Virus record (IMG/VR): IMGVR_UViG_3300017754_001603
Location: 1-28,654 of that record
Direction: 5' to 3' (one strand)
DNA: 28,654 bases
From: a virus
Lineage: Duplodnaviria; Caudoviricetes
Position numbers and translations under genes: made by a program. Positions 1 through 7,885 of this stretch are shown in pieces. Position 1 is the stretch's first letter; every line of letters begins with the position of its first letter. The notes beneath the pieces are model-generated. The model was not told the origin of the DNA. It saw only the letters and a list, made by a program, of their open reading frames with translations, and did not search any database.

Positions 1-1635
1 AATCTCTGCACTATACAACTCTGCCAATAACTCTACTATCCTATGAGTATCATCAGCAGTTTTCATCCTACCTACATAAGCTGCTACAATCATATCTCTT
101 GTATATGAAAATGTTGCGTTACCTTTATATACATATACAGCACCCAAAGAAGTTCCATAACTTTGATCTTGCTGATAGGGGTCATATCCTATCTTGTATA
201 ATCCCTTTGGTGGATTAGGCATAGGATACTCATATATCACAGGACACCCAGCTAAATCCAAAGTCTTTGGTTTATAATGCCATACTGCTTCCAGCTCATT
301 CTTTAAATCAGGTATAGCTCTAACCTTATTATCTTCTTTAACCAATGTTACAGGTTGTCCTTTCTTTTCATATAACTTTTCTCTTTCTACTATGTTTAAT
401 CTATTTCTAAGTTCAGTAACAGGAAAGTCATTAGTAGATACAGTTAAGAATGCTTCACTAGGTTTAAGTGGGTATTCCTGTACCCTTCTTTGAATAACTC
501 CAATACCATTAGAAGAATTCTTTAATATCTTCTCCCTTTCTCCCATCTCATGATTAGTAGCTTCCTCTATTTGTGAGTTACCTTGCTTATCATAAAAACC
601 ATCCATATTCCAAAATATAGGATGGAAGAATCCACAATTAGTATTCTCTGCATTATCATCCCATGTATTTATAAATGGCATTAGGTTATAAGTCAATGGG
701 TCATAAAACATCTCAGCAAAATCTACTGTTCCACCTTCCATATCACCACCTGTACCAAATATAATAATCTGTCCTGTTATATATTTACCTGCTTTCAATG
801 TAGGTTCAATAGCCATATAAGAATCCTTTAGATTAGGAAACTTACCTGCTTCTTCCAATAGAACATACACAGCATCTTTACCCCTGGCAGCATCTGGGTT
901 ATCTTTAAAAGTAAGTGCTAACACTTGTGACTGATAACCTTTCTCAATTGCTATGCCATTTATGACTTCCTTAAATGATGCTTTTCTATGATCCTGTTTA
1001 TCAATAAAATCTCTATTCTTTCTCCACCCTGTATGTTCATTAAGAAAGTTAAGATAATCTGACACCATACCCATAGTTCCTTCAGGATATAAGTACTTCT
1101 TTTCAAAAGCACCAATAATAGAAAGAGAGTTACGAGTATTGTTATATTTGTTGGCAACCTTAGCAGCATTTTTATATGAATAACCTTTACGTCTTGATTT
1201 TCCTACTATAACATGTCTTCCTCCATCAAGATACTGAGGATCAATTCTTATCTCAAGATTTAATCCTTCTAATGTTTGTTGGTCTAATCCATTATATGCT
1301 ATTTCAGTTGCCCATTGAAAATTATAATCACCATCCCAAAAATCTGGAAACCCTGCCAACTTCTTAGCTTTTCTTCCTCCTGCTCCTTTCTCTACTCTCA
1401 TCATAGGACAGAAGTTGAGGTAAAAGTAATGATCACCTGTAATCTTAACTCCTCCTACCTCATAACCTTCAATAGTCCTCTTCATTTGCTCTTCCCAGTA
1501 AGCCTGCCATGATGGAGAACCCCAGGGATCTGGGCAGTAGTACCCATATTTTTCAAAGTGTCTAGCTTCTTCTCTAAACACTTCTACATTTATCCAATGA
1601 CCATCTTTATTTCTTACTGAGTTTACTTTACTCAT
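1..1635 (-). CDS. terL: Terminase large subunit, crAss-like (3' end runs off window)
   Basis: Not in the ORF track (no stop in window). Manual translation from ATG at 1635: MSKVNSVRNKDGHWIN...KITGDHYFYLNF...GKSRRKGYSY (Walker A-like)...VLLEEAGKF (Walker B)...IIIFGTGGDMEGG; the same frame reads LLAELYSAEI at base 1. These motifs are typical of crAss-like TerL. Confidence 0.93.
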   Translation of the reverse strand, partial: MSKVNSVRNKDGHWINVEVFREEARHFEKYGYYCPDPWGSPSWQAYWEEQMKRTIEGYEVGGVKITGDHYFYLNFCPMMRVEKGAGGRKAKKLAGFPDFWDGDYNFQWATEIAYNGLDQQTLEGLNLEIRIDPQYLDGGRHVIVGKSRRKGYSYKNAAKVANKYNNTRNSLSIIGAFEKKYLYPEGTMGMVSDYLNFLNEHTGWRKNRDFIDKQDHRKASFKEVINGIAIEKGYQSQVLALTFKDNPDAARGKDAVYVLLEEAGKFPNLKDSYMAIEPTLKAGKYITGQIIIFGTGGDMEGGTVDFAEMFYDPLTYNLMPFINTWDDNAENTNCGFFHPIFWNMDGFYDKQGNSQIEEATNHEMGEREKILKNSSNGIGVIQRRVQEYPLKPSEAFLTVSTNDFPVTELRNRLNIVEREKLYEKKGQPVTLVKEDNKVRAIPDLKNELEAVWHYKPKTLDLAGCPVIYEYPMPNPPKGLYKIGYDPYQQDQSYGTSLGAVYVYKGNATFSYTRDMIVAAYVGRMKTADDTHRIVELLAELYSAEI

Positions 1636-1645
1636 TATCAGTTAT

Positions 1646-2089
1646 TTATTGTGCAGGTGCAGTAGTTACAAACTTCAACCTGTAAATAGTATGTGCAATA
1701 AGCTGCATGATTTCATCAATTTGATTTTGAATCCATCCTTCTGTGTACATTTCTCTTTCTTTACCTACTTGTGTATATAAAATTTGCATGTAAGATAAAG
1801 GATTAGCCATAGCACTAGCACTAAAAGAAAGTGTAAGTTGACCATGCATTCCCATTACTGTTTCAGCAAATGTATCCAATAGTCCATCTAACTCAGTATA
1901 AAATGTAGACAATGCCTCATGAGGAGCCAATGCTTTACTTCTTTGTTCAATATGAGTAATATGTGCATCTTCCTTTGCTTTAAACAACATAGAAATAAAA
2001 GCACTACAATCTTTACCCATTCCCATATCCATAGACTTGGATTTCATAGGTCTAATTTCATCATCAAATGCATCTAAAAATTTGTTCAT
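1646..2089 (-). CDS. Ferritin/Dps-like four-helix protein (DUF5856-like)
   Basis: HITHIE...HEALSTFYTELDGLLDTFAE...G and C-terminal NQIDEIMQLIAHTIYRL match the Dps-like H-x11-D-x3-E ferroxidase pattern. Confidence 0.7.
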   Translation of the reverse strand: MNKFLDAFDDEIRPMKSKSMDMGMGKDCSAFISMLFKAKEDAHITHIEQRSKALAPHEALSTFYTELDGLLDTFAETVMGMHGQLTLSFSASAMANPLSYMQILYTQVGKEREMYTEGWIQNQIDEIMQLIAHTIYRLKFVTTAPAQ

Positions 2090-2100
2090 GATTTAAAGTT

Positions 2101-2655
2101 TTATCTTTCAAAATAATTAATTTCTTTACCAGCTTTGGTTTTAGAACTTTCATATACTTCTTGTTCTACTCTTTCCTGTAAGTCAGACATAGATCTAAGT
2201 ACTTCATTAGCAGACTTTAATGCAGGTATAACTTCACTAATCTTATAAACAGGCATTCCTTTATCAGTCCTCTCATTAAAATCAATATTCTGAAAAAAGT
2301 TTATAGTCTGTTCTACCCCAGCCTTAACTGCATTATAGTATCTCATTGATGGTGATGCTTCATCAAGAAACTTAGAATACATATCCATAGCTTCCTTAAC
2401 TAATTCATCAGGAGTCCATTCTTCACCTTTCCATATACCCTCAATAATCTTAGACTCTTTGATGTCATTAGGATAACCAGCAAATGGATTACTCTTCTTT
2501 GGTGACACCATATAATAAACATAAGCCAATTCATTTATTGCTACAGTTTTATGCTTAATAGTATCCCTTTCCCATATTTCTTTAAATGGGTTTAAAAGAA
2601 GTATATCCTTTACAGGTCTTACCACAGAACCATCAATTTCAAATATTTCAACCAT
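2101..2655 (-). CDS. Conserved crAss-like protein, candidate terminase small subunit
   Basis: PFKEIWERD...AINELAYVYY...WTPDELVKEAMDMY resembles a conserved Crassvirales protein; helical, 184 aa, just upstream of terL. Function inferred from position. Confidence 0.5.
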   Translation of the reverse strand: MVEIFEIDGSVVRPVKDILLLNPFKEIWERDTIKHKTVAINELAYVYYMVSPKKSNPFAGYPNDIKESKIIEGIWKGEEWTPDELVKEAMDMYSKFLDEASPSMRYYNAVKAGVEQTINFFQNIDFNERTDKGMPVYKISEVIPALKSANEVLRSMSDLQERVEQEVYESSKTKAGKEINYFER

Positions 2656-2712
2656 AAATTTACATTTCTTTTATTCTTACTTTTATGTATATGCAATATT
2701 AATATAAATAAC

Positions 2713-2865
2713 CTATTCTTCTATGTCCTCTTGAATATCACAATCTATATCTTCACTTTTACAGTCAAAACACTTCTTAGGTATTTGATTACCTCTACAT
2801 ATATGGTGTGCAAAGTACCCACAATTATTACACACTACTAATACATCAACATAATTACCTTTCAT
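2713..2865 (-). CDS. 50-aa zinc-ribbon protein (below ORF-track cutoff)
   Basis: MKGNYVDVLVVCNNCGYFAHHICRGNQIPKKCFDCKSEDIDCDIQEDIEE*; two CxxC pairs; ATG overlaps the endolysin stop (TAATG). Confidence 0.7.
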   Translation of the reverse strand: MKGNYVDVLVVCNNCGYFAHHICRGNQIPKKCFDCKSEDIDCDIQEDIEE

Positions 2866-3779
2866 TAAAACATAGATTTTAAAGCACTTAACAAATTAAA
2901 TGATGGGTATATATCAAACTTACCATCTTCAAAACTTCCATGAGAAGTTAACTTTCTTCTAAATGCCTGAGCATCCCAGGATAAGTCACATATAGTAGAT
3001 ACTTCATTTTCTAATGTATCTTTAGTAATCCCCAAGTTAAGTTTAGTATTCAATTCCTTGATGAGATTTACAGTAGCCTGGATTTGTTTATCAGAATACC
3101 TATGCCAGTATCTATATGTTCTCCATGGTGTCTGAAGTATCTCTACATATTCTGCAGGTACTTCTCTGTTAGCACCATCCATAGTATAGTATCTGCCATT
3201 CTTTTCACTTAAACATCCATAAGCACAAAGTTCAATACCAATATAAAGTTTATTGGCACTTTCATTATGGGAATTAGACTTACCCATTCTTGTAGTGTTA
3301 AGGTGATATACAATATCCTTTAGGTTAACACATTGAACAATTGTACCATCATGGGTATTATCACCATTAACAGCAATACCACCAATAACGAAGTGAGTAC
3401 CAACAGTTCCTCTGGTGTCAAGATTCCATCCATCCACCACAATGTAAGGAGATCCAGCAGATACAGTATGGTGTAAACAAATACCAATAGGAGAATTATT
3501 AGCAATAACATATTGACCTTGATTTAAAGGATACCATTTAGTAATAGGAGAAAAACCTTGTGGAGTAGATGGAGTACTATTAACACCTAATGCTGACCAA
3601 GTAGCTGGTCCTACTACACCATCAGGGGTAAGACCTTTAGATCTTTGAAATGATATTACATTAGATTCAGTACCTTTACCAAATACACCATCGGCAACAG
3701 TATAGTACCCATTAGAAGAAAGTGACTTTTGTAATGTAATTACATCTTGTCCTGTAGAATTAAGAGATAGTGTTTGCAT
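2865..3779 (-). CDS. Endolysin: PG_binding_1 domain plus N-acetylmuramoyl-L-alanine amidase (Amidase_2)
   Basis: N-terminal GQDVITLQ...DGVFGKGT...FQRSKGLTPDGVVGPATW; catalytic part LHHT, HFVI, IGIELC, YSDKQI, SH...KFDIYP. Confidence 0.9.
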   Translation of the reverse strand: MQTLSLNSTGQDVITLQKSLSSNGYYTVADGVFGKGTESNVISFQRSKGLTPDGVVGPATWSALGVNSTPSTPQGFSPITKWYPLNQGQYVIANNSPIGICLHHTVSAGSPYIVVDGWNLDTRGTVGTHFVIGGIAVNGDNTHDGTIVQCVNLKDIVYHLNTTRMGKSNSHNESANKLYIGIELCAYGCLSEKNGRYYTMDGANREVPAEYVEILQTPWRTYRYWHRYSDKQIQATVNLIKELNTKLNLGITKDTLENEVSTICDLSWDAQAFRRKLTSHGSFEDGKFDIYPSFNLLSALKSMF

Positions 3780-3780
3780 A

Positions 3781-3987
3781 TTATCTAACAGTTAGTCTTT
3801 GCATTAAAACAATAAATTTATCTTCCATATCATCAAACCTTTCATCTACTTCCATAAGACTGGAGATTCTATCCATATAAGGTTCCATATCCTTATTAAA
3901 AGTATCAAATAGTCTTAAGAATGCATGTCCTGCATTGATAACTTCTTGTGCTCTTTCCAAGAGCAATTCATCTGTCATTGGTGTCAT
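3781..3987 (-). CDS. Hypothetical protein
   Basis: 68-aa ORF packed tightly between its neighbours on the coding strand. Confidence 0.65.
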   Translation of the reverse strand: MTPMTDELLLERAQEVINAGHAFLRLFDTFNKDMEPYMDRISSLMEVDERFDDMEDKFIVLMQRLTVR

Positions 3988-4280
3988 GGTATTAATGTTG
4001 CTTTTATAATTAAAATTTGTTCTGACCTATCATTAAATGTTACAGTAATAGATTTAGCTATATTGCTTTCTGCTACTCCTGAATGTAATAAATGTTGTGG
4101 AAAGTTAGGAGAAGTGTATTCTGCCTCAATTAAGTTAGATCCTTTTTTGTAGTCAACTAGGGTACAACCACAGGATGCAGTTACTTGCTTAATTTGTGCT
4201 TTACCATTATAAGTAAAGGTTGCCTTTAATGTAGTATTAGGCTTTACTTGACCAAAGTCATGAGTTACTTTATCCCACAT
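3984..4280 (-). CDS. DUF1573-like Ig-fold protein (likely start MWDK at 4280; track gives 4418)
   Basis: HDFGQV...FTY...IKQVTASCGCT...KSITV is the DUF1573 signature, common in Bacteroidota. The shorter start removes the overlap with the upstream gene. Confidence 0.75.
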   Translation of the reverse strand: MWDKVTHDFGQVKPNTTLKATFTYNGKAQIKQVTASCGCTLVDYKKGSNLIEAEYTSPNFPQHLLHSGVAESNIAKSITVTFNDRSEQILIIKATLIP

Positions 4281-4341
4281 AGTTTGTTTATAAATTTTAT
4301 CTAGTTTATCAAATAATGTTTTGTGCTCTATTGAATATCCA

Positions 4342-4740
4342 TCAGGCATTAGGAATATCGGCTTTAGGTTTTTTAGGTAATGTAGTTGGTTTATTGTAAA
4401 TCTTTTTAAGTAATTCATCTTTCTTATATTGATCCCATTTTTTCTTAGACATCATTGGAGGATAACAGTCACCATGACAAGTTTTATTAGAGAAGGTTAA
4501 TGCAGGAATATCACAACCACAATACTTACATTGAGCATCAAAAAAACATTCAGGACTCTTTTGCTTTACCTGATGTAATCTCCATTCCAATTGTTCCTGT
4601 ATATGCTTTCTTATCATGTACTTATTAGGTGAGTAGTACAGATGCTGTCTAAGATGACCTTGAAAATAATAATATATATCACTCAGACTTGCCTCTCCTT
4701 TCATTAATCTTTTTAAATAGTGTTGGATTTTCTTTAACAT
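4342..4740 (-). CDS. Cys-rich putative zinc-binding phage protein
   Basis: ECFFDAQCKYCGC...KTCHGDCYP. Confidence 0.7.
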   Translation of the reverse strand: MLKKIQHYLKRLMKGEASLSDIYYYFQGHLRQHLYYSPNKYMIRKHIQEQLEWRLHQVKQKSPECFFDAQCKYCGCDIPALTFSNKTCHGDCYPPMMSKKKWDQYKKDELLKKIYNKPTTLPKKPKADIPNA

Positions 4741-5038
4741 AGTCTTCTAACATTTTTAGTCTTTCAATATTTGAATCATTCTCTTTTAGTGTTCCTTTCT
4801 CAGTCTTTCTTAGTATCTCCTTTTCATGTTTCTTTATAGCATTAAGTACAGGAGTAGCATAAACTTGAAAACTACCAAAACCTTTTATCCTTATATCTGG
4901 TAAATCTGGATCTACCATTTTACTTCTAAAGTATTTAAAAGGATGATTGACAATAGCATGAAACTCATCCTCCTTTAAGTGAGGATATTTTTCTTTTACC
5001 TTTTCATAATATCTTTCAATCAATGGATTCCTTGGCAT
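4679..5038 (-). CDS. HU/IHF-like DNA-binding protein
   Basis: IRIKGFGSFQV matches the HU/IHF GFGxF motif after two predicted helices; IHF-like genes are typical of crAss-like phages. Confidence 0.7.
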   Translation of the reverse strand: MPRNPLIERYYEKVKEKYPHLKEDEFHAIVNHPFKYFRSKMVDPDLPDIRIKGFGSFQVYATPVLNAIKKHEKEILRKTEKGTLKENDSNIERLKMLEDYVKENPTLFKKINERRGKSE

Positions 5039-5375
5039 CTTGATTTATTAGTTGTAAGAAAAATTCTTGCTTATCTAAATTAGGTATAAGTATAGGGAGT
5101 ATCTCATTATTGGGAGATATAAATCCTTTTTCTTTTAATGACTTTAAGTAGTTACCTAGTCCACCATCAGATAAATTTAATTCTTTCATTACTAGTTTTC
5201 TTGCTGTAGTACCAAATCTATCTTTAGCTATATCACCTTGCAATGACATAAAAAATCCAAGCACATCTATTTCTTTAGGAGTAAGCTTGGTGGGTATAAG
5301 AGCATTAACAATTGATAGGTGAACAGTATAATAATCCTTGGTATTTAGAATGAGTTTTTTAGAGAGAGCTTTCAT
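5016..5375 (-). CDS. Winged helix-turn-helix DNA-binding protein
   Basis: LTPKEIDVL...ARKLVMKELNLSDGGLGNYLKSLKEKGFI; first gene of the leftward block. Confidence 0.7.
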   Translation of the reverse strand: MKALSKKLILNTKDYYTVHLSIVNALIPTKLTPKEIDVLGFFMSLQGDIAKDRFGTTARKLVMKELNLSDGGLGNYLKSLKEKGFISPNNEILPILIPNLDKQEFFLQLINQDAKESID

Positions 5376-5403
5376 TTTCAGTTTTACTTTAAAGTTCTTT
5401 AAG

Positions 5404-5433
5404 CAAAGCTATAAAATTTTTTTGAAAAATTTT
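5404..5433 (-). promoter_or_regulatory. Bacteroidota sigma-A -7 element (TAGCTTTG) with adjacent inverted repeat
   Basis: Minus strand reads TAGCTTTG (TAnnTTTG) at 5411-5404, 28 nt before the ATG at 5375; AAAATTTTT-TTG-AAAAATTTT at 5413-5433. No clear -33 TTTG. Confidence 0.5.
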
Positions 5434-5586
5434 TTTTAAGGTATATATTTTTTTAGAAATAGTTGATGTGTGATGCCTACTAAAACTACCCCACCCCATC
5501 CAAGGTTTGGAGAAACCTCCCCACCCTTGTTTTCAGGCAAATTAAAATTTGCCCTCAAACTATCTTTAGGGGATATCCTTCTTCTT

Positions 5587-5609
5587 CCACCCACTCTTGG
5601 TTATGATAT
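5587..5609 (+). promoter_or_regulatory. Bipartite motif CCACCCA-N6-GTTATGATAT, copy 1 (candidate phage promoter)
   Basis: Three copies with identical spacing, all upstream of plus-strand genes (intergenic here if the start is 5641). Confidence 0.6.
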
Positions 5610-5640
5610 TATTTTTATTCACACTCTAAACTATACTACT

Positions 5641-5925
5641 ATGAGTGCTACTAAGTATTTTTCTATGTCTGTTGCTGAGCTGAAGTCTTTGTTAAACATT
5701 GATACCATCAATGTTTATACTAATAACGAAACTGGAGCCAAGAGCTTTAGAGTTATGGGTGATAATGAAACACCTATATACTTCAGAGTTGCTCGTGAAT
5801 TTGATGGCAATAAACCTGCTGTGTTTATCACATCCACTACTGATGGTGATGGTAATCCTGATTGGTTAAGTGGTGCATTGATTAACTCAGCACCTAAGAC
5901 TCACACCTTTGAGTGTAGTCTATAA
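5641..5925 (+). CDS. Hypothetical early protein (likely start 5641, 94 aa)
   Basis: ATG follows the TCACAC...AAACTATA leader shared by neighbouring genes; the GTG start at 5470 would span regulatory motifs. Confidence 0.75.
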   Translation: MSATKYFSMSVAELKSLLNIDTINVYTNNETGAKSFRVMGDNETPIYFRVAREFDGNKPAVFITSTTDGDGNPDWLSGALINSAPKTHTFECSL

Positions 5926-5931
5926 ACGTAT

Positions 5932-5979
5932 TAACAGGGGAATTAGTCCTTATGGTGTAGGTTAACCATTCCCCTGTTA
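5932..5979 (+). terminator. Stem-loop after ORF
   Basis: TAACAGGGGAAT / ATTCCCCTGTTA 12-bp stem followed by T-rich sequence. Confidence 0.55.
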
Positions 5980-6012
5980 TTCTTATTGTTCACACATTTA
6001 ATATATATAGCT

Positions 6013-6117
6013 ATGGATTTCTTTGAAGTATTATTAATAACATTTGAGATTGTTATGAGCTTTATGCTAATAGGTTTATTTGCAGATAAGTTTAATAGAT
6101 ATAGAAGAGGATACTAA
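6013..6117 (+). CDS. 34-aa single-TM membrane peptide
   Basis: MDFFEVLLITFEIVMSFMLIGLFADKFNRYRRGY*; TCACAC leader; hairpin at 6101-6128 over the stop. Confidence 0.6.
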   Translation: MDFFEVLLITFEIVMSFMLIGLFADKFNRYRRGY

Positions 6118-6163
6118 TCCTCTTCTATTTTATATTATTTAATCACACTTAAACTATATTATT

Positions 6164-6289
6164 ATGGACTATTCAGCTTTAGATTTAGGATTTGAAATTG
6201 ATGATTTATATTATGATTATGAGTGTTATGATGATGAGGGTTATGAACATCAATATACTAATGATGATTTATATGAGTTGCCTTTTTAG
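6164..6289 (+). CDS. 41-aa highly acidic, Tyr-rich peptide ending DDLYELPF
   Basis: MDYSALDLGFEIDDLYYDYECYDDEGYEHQYTNDDLYELPF*; TCACAC leader; GAGTTGCC/GGCAACTC hairpin (6275-6296) with T tract. Confidence 0.65.
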   Translation: MDYSALDLGFEIDDLYYDYECYDDEGYEHQYTNDDLYELPF

Positions 6290-6342
6290 GCAACTCTTTA
6301 TTTTTTTATTTCTTTATTTCACACTTTAAAATGCAACTGTAT

Positions 6343-6522
6343 ATGAAACTATTATTTGTATTATATGTAATAGCAGGTATTGTAAAACCTCAAGGTAAAC
6401 ATGATGGCAAACAAGTTTATATGCTTACAACTAAAAATGCAGTCTATGAATATGCCTACAAATCTGAGATATTAGAGTATATTGAAACTGGAACATTTGA
6501 ATATAATGAGGATCTTAAATGA
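6343..6522 (+). CDS. Small hypothetical protein with hydrophobic N-terminus (start 6331 or 6343)
   Basis: ORF track; leader spacing favours 6343; hairpin GAGGATC/GATCCTC at 6508-6527. Confidence 0.7.
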   Translation: MKLLFVLYVIAGIVKPQGKHDGKQVYMLTTKNAVYEYAYKSEILEYIETGTFEYNEDLK

Positions 6523-6589
6523 TCCTCTTATATTCTTTTAAACATTCTTGATATGCAAAGAATATATGTTATAATGTTTCACCATTTCC

Positions 6590-6612
6590 CCACCCAACCT
6601 TAGTTTTGATAT
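6590..6612 (+). promoter_or_regulatory. Bipartite motif copy 2 (CCACCCA-ACCTTA-GTTTTGATAT)
   Basis: Same spacing as copies 1 and 3. Confidence 0.6.
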
Positions 6613-6776
6613 TACTTTTGTATTATTTGTTTGATATAATGTATTGATAATGTGTTATGTAAATATGTGTGACACCATTCACCCACTTTTTAACCACATT
6701 CTCAATACCCTTTAATATCCCAAAACATATAATATAGTATTGCCTTTTATTTCAAAACACTTTAAAACAAAACCAT

Positions 6777-6923
6777 ATGAAAAACTTTATTGCTGGTTGG
6801 TATTTAGCAAATGATTATAATTTTGCACCTGAATTCTCTAAAGATGAATTCAAATTAAGCCTACTACATGGCATTGGTTATAATATTGGAACATTATATC
6901 GTAAACTCTTTAAATCATATTAA
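6777..6923 (+). CDS. 48-aa hypothetical protein
   Basis: MKNFIAGWYLANDYNFAPEFSKDEFKLSLLHGIGYNIGTLYRKLFKSY*; AAACACTTTAAAA leader; abuts the next ORF. Confidence 0.6.
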   Translation: MKNFIAGWYLANDYNFAPEFSKDEFKLSLLHGIGYNIGTLYRKLFKSY

Positions 6924-6925
6924 CT

Positions 6926-7246
6926 ATGAAAGAATTAATTGAAAAGTATAAAGCAGCTCAAATTGAAGTTAGTAAATTACAATCAGAACTTTATAAAACA
7001 AGTGATGGTTATAATTACATTACAGAACTAAATAGCTATGGTTCTAAAACTTTTAGGCATTTCAAAAATGAATACACAACACAATTACTATGTGATGAGT
7101 ATTATTTTGGTGATGATGGCTTTATAAGTGTTTATACTGATAATCCAAATCATAGCATAAATGCTTACAATGGAGTTACAGTATTAACTACTGAAGACTT
7201 AAATAATAAGTTTTCAAGTATGATGAAAGTAAGACAGCCTAAATAG
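6926..7246 (+). CDS. Hypothetical protein
   Basis: 106-aa ORF; hairpin at 7231-7253 over the stop. Confidence 0.75.
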   Translation: MKELIEKYKAAQIEVSKLQSELYKTSDGYNYITELNSYGSKTFRHFKNEYTTQLLCDEYYFGDDGFISVYTDNPNHSINAYNGVTVLTTEDLNNKFSSMMKVRQPK

Positions 7247-7314
7247 CTGTTTTACTTTTAATATAATATCATATTAAAAACTATTATAATAACTATAATA
7301 AAATGTATGGGGAA

Positions 7315-7719
7315 AGCAAAATCAGCTTATTACACAAGCTGATTTTGCTATATAAGATATTGTAATATACTCTGGGAAGCGTTATAAAGTTTACAAAATA
7401 GGCATGCTGATAGGTTTGTAAACAAGTAGAGAGTATATTACAATTTACATTAATACTTTGCTCGGCATAATTATCAAAAGTAAGAGTGCTTAAATTACTC
7501 AACAAGTGTATATTTCTGAAGTTTAGTAAGAATTAAAGATACACAATTTGCAAAGTTTTTAATGTAAGTATTTTACATTGAATTATAATATTCATCTCAG
7601 CTCCTATAAATAACAAGTTATTAGAGATGATTACTGTGCACAAGTAGATTCATTAATAGTTAATACAAATACGAGATTAACATGAAGGAGTGAATCTATT
7701 ATAATTCTTTGTAAAATAC
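7315..7719. ncRNA. Candidate large structured RNA (or ssDNA structure) with four adjacent stem domains
   Basis: Stems: 7315-28/7336-49 (14 bp); 7359-73/7430-44 (15 bp) enclosing 7389-97/7415-23; 7445-53/7559-67 with 7455-61/7550-56; 7568-77/7710-19 with 7580-90/7697-7707, enclosing two inner hairpins. Confidence 0.65.
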
Positions 7720-7723
7720 TTTT

Positions 7724-7834
7724 AAAAAGAAAAGAAAAAGTTTGACAAAAAGAAAAGAAAAAAGTTTTATTATTATTTGTTTATATAATATTATTATATT
7801 ATAATATATAATATAGTATTACGTTTTCTTTTCT
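7724..7834. repeat. Tandem AAAAAGAAAAGAAAAA repeat, nearly AT-only tract and an inverted copy
   Basis: Two direct copies in ~7724-7764, an AT tract at ~7765-7820, and TTTTCTTTTCT at 7824-7834. Confidence 0.6.
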
Positions 7835-7885
7835 ATTTTACATATTTGGAGTATTTTATTTTACATATTTTAAAACACACACATC

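Noticed and set aside
960-1512. Track ORFs 960-1169 (-) and 1315-1512 (+)
   Set aside because: Both lie inside terL in other frames; shadow ORFs.
3320-4152. ORF 3320-3511 (hydrophobic, holin-like) and ORF 3925-4152 (+)
   Set aside because: The first is an alternative frame inside the endolysin with a non-ATG start, and Leu/Val richness is expected in that frame; there is no lipobox Cys for a nested spanin. The second is antisense to real genes.
7293-7505. 70-aa minus-strand ORF
   Set aside because: TTG start, against the local gene direction, and overlapping the structured region.
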